Assembly (NCBI GenBank): GCA_045637085.1
Contig: JAZTYW010000036.1
Location: 51,220 to 115,219, forward strand
Length of the DNA stretch: 64,000 bases
DNA from: Alistipes sp.
GTDB taxonomy: Bacteria > Bacteroidota > Bacteroidia > Bacteroidales > Rikenellaceae
Direction of reading: 5' to 3'
Position numbers and translations under genes: made by a program. Every line of letters begins with the position of its first letter. Within the stretch, counting starts at the first letter, position 1. Under the pieces are notes generated by a model that worked only from the letters and a program-made list of their open reading frames with translations, was not told the DNA's origin and searched no databases. Below, one piece after another: positions 55,385 through 64,000 of this stretch.

Positions 55385-58081
55385 ATGAAGAGACTTTTAC
55401 TTTTGATGCTTGGTCTCGCTGTTGGCTATATTGCCTCGGCTCAGATTATCGTCACAGGTATTGTTGTTGACGAGAACGACCAGCCTCTTATCGGTGCTAC
55501 AGTCGTAGTTCCCGAGACAACTCAGGGCACATCAACTGATGTTGCGGGTAATTTCCGCCTTGAGGCACGTGGTGCAGAGGCTATTCAGGTGAGCTACTTG
55601 AACTACAAGACGCTCACACTCGCTTTGGATGCCAAGGCAGTACGTCAGGATTTGGGTACCATCAAGATGGAGCCCGAGGCTATTGCCATGGAGGATGTTG
55701 TGATTACACAGTCGGTGGCTGTGCAGCGTCGCACTCCTGTTGCGGTATCTACAGTTGCTGCAAGCGAGATCGAGTTCAAGCTTGGTGGACAGGAGTTCCC
55801 CGAGATCTTGAAATCGACACCTGGTGTCTATGTTACAAAGGATGGTGGTGGTTTTGGCGACTCGAAGATCAACATGCGTGGTTTTAAGTCGGCTAACATC
55901 GCGGTGATGATCAATGGTGTTCCCGTGAACGATATGGAGTGGGGTGGTCTTTACTGGTCTAACTGGGCTGGTCTTTCGGACGTTACTCGCTCTATGCAGA
56001 CACAGCGTGGTATGGGTGCATCGAAGATCTCATCTCCCTCTGTTGGTGGTACTATCAACATCGTGACCAACACTATCGACGCAAAGCGTGGCGGTAGCGT
56101 ATCGTATGGCGTAGGTAACGACGGTGCAAACACTATGTCTGTAAGCCTCTCGACAGGTCTTATGGATAATGGCTGGGCTGCAAGCTTGTTGCTTGGTAAG
56201 CGTTGGGGTGACGGTTACATTCAGGGTACTGGTTACGAGGCATACAACTGGTTTGTAAACTTGTCGAAGCGCATCAACTCTAACCATCAGATTTCATTGA
56301 CAGCCTTTGGTGCTCCACAGAAGCACAACCAGCGTAAGCCTCTTTACGCAGGTCTCTCAATCGAGGGTTGGGATCAGGTTGCTAAGTGGACTGGCGAGAA
56401 GAACAAATATCGCTATAACGCAGTATACGGTTTCGACAACAATGGCAAGGAGCGCTCGTCAATGACTAACGAGTATCACAAGCCACAGATTTCGTTGAAC
56501 CACCAGTGGCAGATTGACCGCAAGTCGTCACTCTCTACTGCTCTCTACATGTCTATCGGCCGTGGTTCTGGTTACTCTGGTCAGGGTCGTACATCTGCCG
56601 ACCGCGCAATGTGGAACGGCTCATCTAACGGTCAGTTGCTCTACAACTTCCGTAAGTCGGATGGTACATTTGACTATGGTGCAATTCAGGATATGAACGC
56701 AGCGAGCCTCGATGGTTCAAAGATGGTCATGTCTAAGTCGGTAAACAACCACATGTGGTATGGTTTGCTCTCTACATATACCAACGAGTTGCTCCCAGGC
56801 TTGGAGCTTTCGGCGGGTGTTGACGTGCGTTACTATGTTGGTAAGCACACCAATGAGATTATCGACCTCTACGACGGTGCATACTTCATCGATGATGGTG
56901 ACCGTAAGAACGTGAAGGCTGAGAACAATGCTGCTGCGGCAGATCCTAACTGGAAGTATGAGAAGCTCTCTGTGGGTGATATCGTTTATCGTGATTATGA
57001 TGGTCACGTACACCAGGAGGGTGTATTTGCACAGTTGGAGTACTCACGCAACAAGCTCAGCGCATTCGTTTCAGGTTCAGTTTCAAACACTGGCTACTGG
57101 CGTGTTGACCGCTTCTACTACGACGAGGCACATCAGCGCTCTGAGACCATCAACTTCACAGGTTTCACTGCCAAGGCGGGTGTAAACTACAACGTAACCA
57201 AGGCTTCAAATCTCTTCCTTAACATCGGTTACATCTCACGTGCTCCATTCTTCTCTGGTGGTGCATTCTTGCAGTCTACAACCAGCCATATGACCAACCC
57301 CGATGCTGTTAACGAGAAGGTATTCTCTGTTGAGGGTGGCTATGGTCTCCGTACTGAGCAGTTCGCACTTAACTTGAACGCTTACTACACATTGTGGATG
57401 GATAAGGCTGATGTACGCTCTAAGCTTATGTCTAATGGCGACTACGCTCGTGTGAACCTCACAGGTATCGACGCACGTCATACAGGTGTTGAGCTCGACC
57501 TCCGCTACAAGCCTGCACGCTGGGTAAATATCACCGGTATGCTCTCATGGGGTGACTGGATCTGGTCAAGCAACGCTCGTGGTTACTACTACGACTCTCA
57601 GGGTCAGCCTATGACAGCGAAGATGGACGGTACCGTAGCTTCAGGCATCATGGCTGAGGATCACGCATGGATTGAGCTCGATCAGAAGGGTGTTCACGTT
57701 GCAGGCTCGGCACAGACAACTGCTGCTGTGGGCGCAGACTTCTTCCCATTCAAGGGCATGCGCTTGAGTGCTAACTTCAACCTCTATGCTAACAACTATG
57801 CAGATTTCTACCTCGGTTCAACAGCTGTGGCTAACACCACAACTACTGTTAACGATCCTTGGAAGATCCCTGTAGGTCACCAGCTCGACCTCTCGGCAAG
57901 CTACTCATTCAAGCTCGGTGGTCTTAATGCTACTATCTACGGTAACGTAAACAACCTCTACGACTATAACTACGTTATGGATGCACAGTGTGCTACTGAC
58001 GCTAAGGGCTGGCAGGATTGCTACGCTGTTATGTACTCATTCGGTCGCACATACACTGTTCGTCTCAAGCTTAACTTTTAA
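55385..58081 (+). CDS. TonB-dependent receptor (non-SusC type) with N-terminal CarboxypepD-like domain
   Basis: Signal peptide, GIVVDE..PLIGATV, plug LKSTPGVY...NMRGF...VMINGVP, SVGGTINIVT, C-terminal NVNNL.D..Y...GRTYTVRLKLNF. Confidence 0.92.
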   Translation: MKRLLLLMLGLAVGYIASAQIIVTGIVVDENDQPLIGATVVVPETTQGTSTDVAGNFRLEARGAEAIQVSYLNYKTLTLALDAKAVRQDLGTIKMEPEAIAMEDVVITQSVAVQRRTPVAVSTVAASEIEFKLGGQEFPEILKSTPGVYVTKDGGGFGDSKINMRGFKSANIAVMINGVPVNDMEWGGLYWSNWAGLSDVTRSMQTQRGMGASKISSPSVGGTINIVTNTIDAKRGGSVSYGVGNDGANTMSVSLSTGLMDNGWAASLLLGKRWGDGYIQGTGYEAYNWFVNLSKRINSNHQISLTAFGAPQKHNQRKPLYAGLSIEGWDQVAKWTGEKNKYRYNAVYGFDNNGKERSSMTNEYHKPQISLNHQWQIDRKSSLSTALYMSIGRGSGYSGQGRTSADRAMWNGSSNGQLLYNFRKSDGTFDYGAIQDMNAASLDGSKMVMSKSVNNHMWYGLLSTYTNELLPGLELSAGVDVRYYVGKHTNEIIDLYDGAYFIDDGDRKNVKAENNAAAADPNWKYEKLSVGDIVYRDYDGHVHQEGVFAQLEYSRNKLSAFVSGSVSNTGYWRVDRFYYDEAHQRSETINFTGFTAKAGVNYNVTKASNLFLNIGYISRAPFFSGGAFLQSTTSHMTNPDAVNEKVFSVEGGYGLRTEQFALNLNAYYTLWMDKADVRSKLMSNGDYARVNLTGIDARHTGVELDLRYKPARWVNITGMLSWGDWIWSSNARGYYYDSQGQPMTAKMDGTVASGIMAEDHAWIELDQKGVHVAGSAQTTAAVGADFFPFKGMRLSANFNLYANNYADFYLGSTAVANTTTTVNDPWKIPVGHQLDLSASYSFKLGGLNATIYGNVNNLYDYNYVMDAQCATDAKGWQDCYAVMYSFGRTYTVRLKLNF

Positions 58082-58095
58082 TAGCTGCAACTACT

Positions 58096-60765
58096 ATGAA
58101 AAAGAATATTTTTAGCAAGATTGCTTTGTTGGCAGGTGTGGCTCTTATGGGCATTAGCTGTCAGACAGACTACTTCAACGAGCACTATCTCCCTGGCTAT
58201 GAGGGTGAGAGTGAGATTACCAATACACAGAGCATGGAGTTCACACTCTCGGCTGATGACTACGCTGCCATAGCAAAAAATAACGATAACAAGGCTATTG
58301 TAGAGGCTGCGGGTGAGGAGGCTGTTGAGGCTCTTGCGGCTATCAGCAAGAACAAGTATTTCGCTAACCAGGATGAGGCTGCTGCATACATTCCTGCATG
58401 GCTTGCTGCAAGCTATCCTACCTACGACAATGGCTCTTTGGCGTTGATTACCTACACAATGGCCCTCGATATCCCTGCTGATGTTGCGGCGATGAATGCA
58501 GCGACAGAGTACACCCTCACTGAGGAGGATTACAAGGCTATCTGGGACTCAGAGGAGGACTACGCTACGGCTGTTACTCCCAAGACTGTGAATAAGCTCA
58601 AGAGTGTTATCCCCGTTGCAGACGATGCTCGCGAGGGTGAGTATGTTGTTGTAACATACAACTACTCAGCGGAGGAGCCTGCAACTGAGGAGCCTGAGAC
58701 TCCCGAGACTCCAGAGCAGCCCGAGGCGCCTGCTTACACTTCAGTGCTTGGCACAGCAGTTAAGGACGATGTGGTTGAGGTTAAGGGTTATATCTCTGCT
58801 GTATCATCGCAGGGCCCTATCCTCACTGATAACGGTGGCTCTGTATTGCTCTACAAGACCAGCGGCTATGAGATTGGTGACGAGGTTACTGTAAATGGTA
58901 AGATTTCATCATACAACTGCGGCTTCCAGATTGGCACTGACGGTATCTCTATCGAGAAGACTGGCACTACTGAGGTGGTATATCCTGAGCCTATGGATAT
59001 CACAGGTGCTTTGGCTGATGAGTTGCTCACTACTCGCGTAAACGACGAGTATGCATACTTCGCAAAGATGACCGGTACAGTTGCTGTTAGCGGTAACTAC
59101 TACAACTTTATCCTTCCTGGTGCCGAGACTGCTCAGGGTAGCATCTATGGTGCTACTGATGAGGTTAAGGCTCAGTTGGCTGATGGCATGGAGTGCACAC
59201 TCTACGGCTACTTCTGCGCTATTGCAAAGCAGAGCGGTGCACCAAAGTTCATCAACTTCATCGTTGTTAGCGTGAACGAGGCTCCTGCAATCGGCGGTGG
59301 CGTTGCTAACGACTACACATCAGTGCTTGGCGCGGCTGTTTTGGACGATGTTGTAGAGGCTAAGGGTTACATCTCTGCTGTATCTACTCAGGGTCCTATC
59401 CTCACAGATAACACTGGCTCAATCATCATCTATAAGGCTGCCGACCTCGGTCTCGCAGTGGGTGATGAGGTTACGGTTAATGGTCCTATCCGTGCCTATA
59501 ACTGCGGCTTCCAGTTCGACTACTCGAAGGGTGATGTTACCGTTGAGAAGACCGGTACAACAACCGTTACCTATCCCGCTGCATTGGATATCACAGGTGC
59601 TTATGCTGATGAATTGCTCACCTCACGAGTTGAGAACGAGTATGCTTACTACGCGAAGATGACTGGTACAGTGGCTGTTAGCGACAACTACTACAACTTC
59701 AACATCCCTGGTGCTGAGACCGCTGTAGGTAGCATCTATGGCGCTACTGACGAGGTTAAGTCATGGTTGGAGGATGGCATGGAGTGCACACTCTATGGCT
59801 ACTTCTTCTCAATATCTAAGACTGGTGGTGCGCCCAAGTACATCAATATCATCGTTACCTCTGTTGAGCCTGCTGCAAGTGTAAGTACTCTCGCCCTCAA
59901 GGTTAATAGCGAGAAGCGTTATGCTTACTTCAAGTTCAACGGCACGGGCTACGAGGCTGCAGATGTTGTTGCTGTACAGCCTGCTGACTACACAGCAATG
60001 GGTCAGAACTATGGCAACTTCACCAACCCTGCACAGGATAACTACCTCCCAGCATTCCTCGGCGAGAAGTATCCATACGCACAGGTTGATGATAAGGTTT
60101 ACGTAGGCTATCGTTGCTACGCTGGTGGTGCTACATCTTGCAAGGTCGATGAGTATGTCTTCAACGGCGAGTGGGTTAAGACCATCTACTTTGGCGAGAA
60201 GCAGGATCAGTTCCGCAAGGCTGAGGGTGTATGGAATGTTGACCGTACCCTTGAGCTCGACTATACCAACACATCAAGCGCCGAGACTAAGGCATTCTAT
60301 CAGTACTGCGTAAACTGGGTTTACGACTTCAAGGATGTGCCTATGGGTGCTCCTGCGCGTGACAATGCTGGCGAGATTATCTCTACCGACATCGTTACTA
60401 TCAATGGCGAGAAGCCTGCAGGTAACTACTGGGTATCTAACTACGGTAACAACGAGTTCTACACTGGTGCTTCGGCATACTACGGCAACGTTGATTGGCG
60501 TCCATCAGCTGTTAAGGGTGGCTTCGCGGCTGCAGGCATGGGCGACCTCTCTGACGATGAGATCCTTGCAAAGCTCAAGGAGAACACCGCTGAGGTATAT
60601 ACTGAGGTTCTCGGCTATATGTATCCCGAGATGACCCCCGAGCAGTATAAGAAGGTGGTTATCAAGGTTTACTGCTACGGTCCTAACAAGAACTACTCGT
60701 TCACATTCAACGTAGTTGAGGCCGGCAAATTTGCTTATGTTGCCGACTCAATCACCGAGTTGTAA
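58096..60765 (+). CDS. Surface lipoprotein partner of the receptor (DUF5017-like ends) with duplicated OB-fold-like module
   Basis: Lipobox GISC; recurring TL...DY..I motif; two copies of about 185 aa starting YTSVLG.AV.DDVVE.KGYISAVS.QGPILTDN. Confidence 0.75.
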   Translation: MKKNIFSKIALLAGVALMGISCQTDYFNEHYLPGYEGESEITNTQSMEFTLSADDYAAIAKNNDNKAIVEAAGEEAVEALAAISKNKYFANQDEAAAYIPAWLAASYPTYDNGSLALITYTMALDIPADVAAMNAATEYTLTEEDYKAIWDSEEDYATAVTPKTVNKLKSVIPVADDAREGEYVVVTYNYSAEEPATEEPETPETPEQPEAPAYTSVLGTAVKDDVVEVKGYISAVSSQGPILTDNGGSVLLYKTSGYEIGDEVTVNGKISSYNCGFQIGTDGISIEKTGTTEVVYPEPMDITGALADELLTTRVNDEYAYFAKMTGTVAVSGNYYNFILPGAETAQGSIYGATDEVKAQLADGMECTLYGYFCAIAKQSGAPKFINFIVVSVNEAPAIGGGVANDYTSVLGAAVLDDVVEAKGYISAVSTQGPILTDNTGSIIIYKAADLGLAVGDEVTVNGPIRAYNCGFQFDYSKGDVTVEKTGTTTVTYPAALDITGAYADELLTSRVENEYAYYAKMTGTVAVSDNYYNFNIPGAETAVGSIYGATDEVKSWLEDGMECTLYGYFFSISKTGGAPKYINIIVTSVEPAASVSTLALKVNSEKRYAYFKFNGTGYEAADVVAVQPADYTAMGQNYGNFTNPAQDNYLPAFLGEKYPYAQVDDKVYVGYRCYAGGATSCKVDEYVFNGEWVKTIYFGEKQDQFRKAEGVWNVDRTLELDYTNTSSAETKAFYQYCVNWVYDFKDVPMGAPARDNAGEIISTDIVTINGEKPAGNYWVSNYGNNEFYTGASAYYGNVDWRPSAVKGGFAAAGMGDLSDDEILAKLKENTAEVYTEVLGYMYPEMTPEQYKKVVIKVYCYGPNKNYSFTFNVVEAGKFAYVADSITEL
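58735..59877 (+). repeat. Intragenic tandem duplication
   Basis: Copy 1 about 58735-59289 and copy 2 about 59314-59877 share long identical peptides (KGYISAVS, YNCGFQ, AKMTGTVAVS, GSIYGATDEVK, DGMECTLYGYF). Confidence 0.9.
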
Positions 60766-60817
60766 TTTCTTGTGATAAATTTCTTGTGATAGTGGCGCTA
60801 CTTCGCCACCTCAATCC

Positions 60818-60868
60818 AAAGCCCGAATGGAAAATACGTCAAGTATGTCCCATTCGGGCTTTCTCTTT
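60818..60868 (+). terminator. Intrinsic terminator after the receptor/lipoprotein operon
   Basis: AAAGCCCGAATGG...CCATTCGGGCTTTCTCTTT. Confidence 0.8.
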
Positions 60869-60879
60869 ATCGGTGGTAA

Positions 60880-60985
60880 AAGGAGTTTAGGGAGTTTAAG
60901 GAATTTAGGGAATTTAGGGCGGATTTTCCTTAAGTTCCTTAAATTCCCTAACCTCCCTATGTTTCCTAGCCTCTCTACGCTTCCT
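60880..60985. repeat. Inverted arrays of 9-bp units
   Basis: (ARGGARTTT)x4 followed by complementary (AARYTCCYT)-like units that decay to the right. Confidence 0.75.
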
Positions 60986-61219
60986 CCCCTTGTTCTACTC
61001 CCGTTCACCGTTTATTTGTGGCGGTTCGCCCTATTTTCTTTGAAAATATGAGGTTGTTTGCAGAAAAATCACTATCTTGCGCACAAATAAAATAGTTAAA
61101 TGTATCTCGGTGGCTGTTTTGATAGGAGAAAGATTGATGTAAGATACTGAATGTTAATGAGATAGTCGCAGAGATCTGAAATAGGAATAATAATTAACTT
61201 AAAAACTTCATTATTAATT

Positions 61220-61702
61220 ATGAAAAAGCTATTGTTTTTGATGCTCGCCGTAATGGTTGGCGTAAGTGCTTCGGCTCAGAGTTTGCCCGATGTAAAGATT
61301 GAGAACCAGGAGGGTAAGGTTATCTCTACTAAGTCACTCGCTGATGGCACTCCTATGATTATCTCATTCTGGTCAACTACATGTAAGCCTTGCATCATGG
61401 AGCTTAACGCAATCAACGACAACCTCTACGACTGGATGGAGGAGGTAGACATGAAGGTTGTTGCAATCTCTGTTGATGACGCTCGTACTGTTAGCCGTGC
61501 ACGTGCTATGACCAAGGGTCAGGGTTGGGACGACTATGTATGTCTCTACGACAAGAACCAGGACTTCAAGCGTGCTATGAACGTGAGCCTCACACCCCAC
61601 ACCTTCATCGTTGATGGTAAGGGTAACATCGTCTACTCACACTCTGGTTACACTCCAGGTAGCGAGCAGGAGTTGTTCGAGAAGATCAAGGCATTGAAGT
61701 AA
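61220..61702 (+). CDS. TlpA-family thioredoxin-like exported protein
   Basis: Signal peptide, ISFWSTTCKPCIMEL, AISVDD, cis-Pro TPHTF. Confidence 0.9.
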   Translation: MKKLLFLMLAVMVGVSASAQSLPDVKIENQEGKVISTKSLADGTPMIISFWSTTCKPCIMELNAINDNLYDWMEEVDMKVVAISVDDARTVSRARAMTKGQGWDDYVCLYDKNQDFKRAMNVSLTPHTFIVDGKGNIVYSHSGYTPGSEQELFEKIKALK

Positions 61703-61778
61703 TATTTTAAGAAAAACATTGGGAGAGGGAGCTACGTCACTGTGGCTCCCCTTATGCCCGAAAAATAGACTATAAAAG

Positions 61779-63491
61779 ATGAAGAAATTTATACTTTTGC
61801 TCGGCGTGGCTGTGGCCACTGTTTTTGCTGTTGAGGAGGCCTCAGCACAGATCAAGGCTGGCGAGGGTCAGGTATCTATCGCTTTGGAGAGTAACAACTC
61901 ATACTATGCTCCCGACAAGAAACTCGAGGATATTGGCCTCGTGTTGCCAGAGAAGCGTGTACGTGGCGACTTCGGTTCAAACGACTACCTCAAGGTGGAC
62001 TACAACATCGGTCGTTTCTCTGCTGGTGTTCAGGTAGATGGCTACCTTCCTGCAATGTATGGCTACGACTTCTACGACTACTCACAGCGCGACTCAAAGC
62101 TTAACATGTTCCTCACAAAGTATGTTCAGTGGGAGGATACTAACTGGGGTGTTCGCTTGGGTGATATCTATGATCAGTTCGGTAACGGTCTCATCTTCCG
62201 TGCTTATGAGGACCGCGCATTGGCGTTCAACAACTCGTTGGCTGGTGCTCGTGCCTACTACAACTTCAACAATATGGTGAACGTTAAGGTCTTGGCAGGT
62301 ATGCCTCGCCTCTACGATATGCGCTCAAAGACAGCCATCTGGGGTGCAGACCTCTCGCTCTCTATCTCTGACATGGCTGGTTGGTACGATGGTATGGCAT
62401 CTATCGAGGCAAGCTATGTAGGTCGTAACCAGGATGTTGCTCCAGAGTACCTTTTGAAGGGTGTTGACTGCAATGTCCTCAACATGGTCTCTGGTCGTGT
62501 AAACTTCGAGTATGCAGGCTTCTCACTCCGTGGTGAGTATGCACAGAAGCTCAATGATGATATCTACAACCCTATGTACAATGCTGCTAAGGGTAGCGCT
62601 GTTACTCTCGACCTCGGTTATAGCGTTGGTCGCTTCTCAGCTTCGGCTTCGTTCCGTCGTCAGGAGAACATGACAACATTCATCGAGTACCGTCCTATGG
62701 GTATCGGTGGTGGTAACACAATGACTTACCTCCCCTTGCTCACTCGTCAGCACACCTACTCACTCGCAAACCTTAACCCCTACCGTGGTTCAAGCGTTCA
62801 CACTGGTGGCGAGATAGGTGGTCAGATTGACTTGTACTACTCATTACGTAACCCTAAGGCTCGCGGTAAGTACTGGAACTTCCACGTGAACTACTCTATG
62901 TTCAACACTATCGACCACAAGAATCCTATGACAGGCCTTGATATGGAGGGTCGCAACGTGTGGATTGACTTCAACTTCGATGTAGAGCGTCAGTGGAACA
63001 AGCAGCTCAAGACTACGTTCCTCTACTCTTTCCAGCGTTGGGATGAGGAGATTAACCACTACGATGCTGCACACTCACACTATTGCCGTTCACACATCTT
63101 CGTGGGCGATGTTACCTACAAGATCAACAAGAAGCACTCTATGCGCTTCGAGCTTCAGTACCTCGCATCAGAGGACTACGAGGGTGACTGGGTTGCAGCA
63201 ACCATCGAGTACAATCTTGCTCCTAAGTTCAGCTTCTACGTAAGCGATATGTGGAACTGCGAGAAGATGCAGGATGGTGCTTATGGCAACTACTTTATGA
63301 ATGTTAACACTTATGAGTATCAGCACGAGCTCTTGCACTACTACCAGGTTGGTGCAAGCTTCACACACAACAGCCTCCGCGCACAGCTCTCATATGGCCG
63401 TAACCGCGCAGGTTATGTATGCTCTGGTGGTGTTTGCCGCTTCCAGCCAGCTTACACAGGTGTTAACCTCGCTTTGACACTTTCATTCTAA
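61779..63491 (+). CDS. DUF6029-like outer-membrane beta-barrel protein
   Basis: Signal peptide, FGSNDYL, GDIYDQFGNGLIFR.YEDR, C-terminal YGRNRAGYVCSGGVCR..PAYTG..L.L..SF. Confidence 0.75.
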   Translation: MKKFILLLGVAVATVFAVEEASAQIKAGEGQVSIALESNNSYYAPDKKLEDIGLVLPEKRVRGDFGSNDYLKVDYNIGRFSAGVQVDGYLPAMYGYDFYDYSQRDSKLNMFLTKYVQWEDTNWGVRLGDIYDQFGNGLIFRAYEDRALAFNNSLAGARAYYNFNNMVNVKVLAGMPRLYDMRSKTAIWGADLSLSISDMAGWYDGMASIEASYVGRNQDVAPEYLLKGVDCNVLNMVSGRVNFEYAGFSLRGEYAQKLNDDIYNPMYNAAKGSAVTLDLGYSVGRFSASASFRRQENMTTFIEYRPMGIGGGNTMTYLPLLTRQHTYSLANLNPYRGSSVHTGGEIGGQIDLYYSLRNPKARGKYWNFHVNYSMFNTIDHKNPMTGLDMEGRNVWIDFNFDVERQWNKQLKTTFLYSFQRWDEEINHYDAAHSHYCRSHIFVGDVTYKINKKHSMRFELQYLASEDYEGDWVAATIEYNLAPKFSFYVSDMWNCEKMQDGAYGNYFMNVNTYEYQHELLHYYQVGASFTHNSLRAQLSYGRNRAGYVCSGGVCRFQPAYTGVNLALTLSF

Positions 63492-63511
63492 AACAACGAT
63501 AAACGAAAAGT

Positions 63512-64000
63512 ATGAAACTTACAAAATTCTTTGCCCTCGCACTTGCGGCTCTCGCATTTGTTGGTTGTGGCGAGCCCACACCCGACGGCCCAGATGTTAA
63601 GCCTACGGGCGATGCTGTGCTTGCGGCAAACAACAACTCTGTGGAGGTTAACACCCCCATCGAGTTTACTGTAACAGCGGCTGATGGCACAGACCTCACT
63701 GCTGAGGCTGTAATCTATGACAAGAGCCACGACTACGCAGTGGTTGAGAACCCCTTTACCCCCACTATGGATGGTGATTATGAGTTCTACGCTGTTGTGG
63801 GTAGCATCATTACCAATACTATCAAGGTAAGCGTTGTGCCTACAATCCCCGCTTTGCCTGAGGATGCACAGCCTGCAAACACTTCGTTCAACCACCGCAT
63901 CTTGCTCGTTGACCACACTGGTAACACTTGTGGTTACTGTCCTCAGATGATGAAGGCGCTCAAGACTGTTTCGGAGACTGGCGACTACCACTCTAAGTAC
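63512..64000 (+). CDS. Omp28-related lipoprotein with CxxC (partial, runs off the window end)
   Basis: Manual translation MKLTKFFALALAALAFVGC...FNHRILLVDHTGNTCGYCPQM; not in the ORF track. Confidence 0.8.
   Translation, partial: MKLTKFFALALAALAFVGCGEPTPDGPDVKPTGDAVLAANNNSVEVNTPIEFTVTAADGTDLTAEAVIYDKSHDYAVVENPFTPTMDGDYEFYAVVGSIITNTIKVSVVPTIPALPEDAQPANTSFNHRILLVDHTGNTCGYCPQMMKALKTVSETGDYHSKY

Noticed and set aside
60880-60920. TTTAGGG telomere-like or G-quadruplex motif
   Set aside because: Only three GGG runs; fully explained by the 9-bp inverted array

Overview
A mostly housekeeping chromosomal segment from a Bacteroidales organism, probably Alistipes/Rikenellaceae-like. This is inferred from gene content and from TAnnTTTG -7 promoter boxes in front of most transcription units. 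Core genes include galE, lysC, a small ferredoxin missed by the ORF track, serS, an RlhA-like U32 protein, a chromate transporter pair, pcrA, nth, a rearranged moxR/bat operon, pepD, ridA, ispG, recO, tig-clpP-clpX, lysS, tpiA, an NCS2 permease, a tri-haem cytochrome c peroxidase with its own system II maturation genes, a TonB receptor/OB-fold lipoprotein pair and a TlpA-DUF6029-Omp28 operon. The most interesting part is a minus-strand accessory block at about 25.4-35.8 kb. It holds an operon (30360-35800) with two radical SAM/SPASM enzymes and seven small lipoproteins or lipopeptides. Four of these are tandem paralogues with a variable Tyr-containing segment (MYG, EYG, CYG, SYY) right after the lipobox Cys. 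This looks like a system that post-translationally modifies lipoproteins, possibly by splicease-type chemistry. Also present are a candidate promoter-to-terminator sRNA downstream of recO, several palindromic REP/MITE-like elements and a relic duplicated gene start. No rRNA, tRNA, CRISPR array or intact transposase was seen. Family names are assigned from recognised motifs and memory, not from searches.
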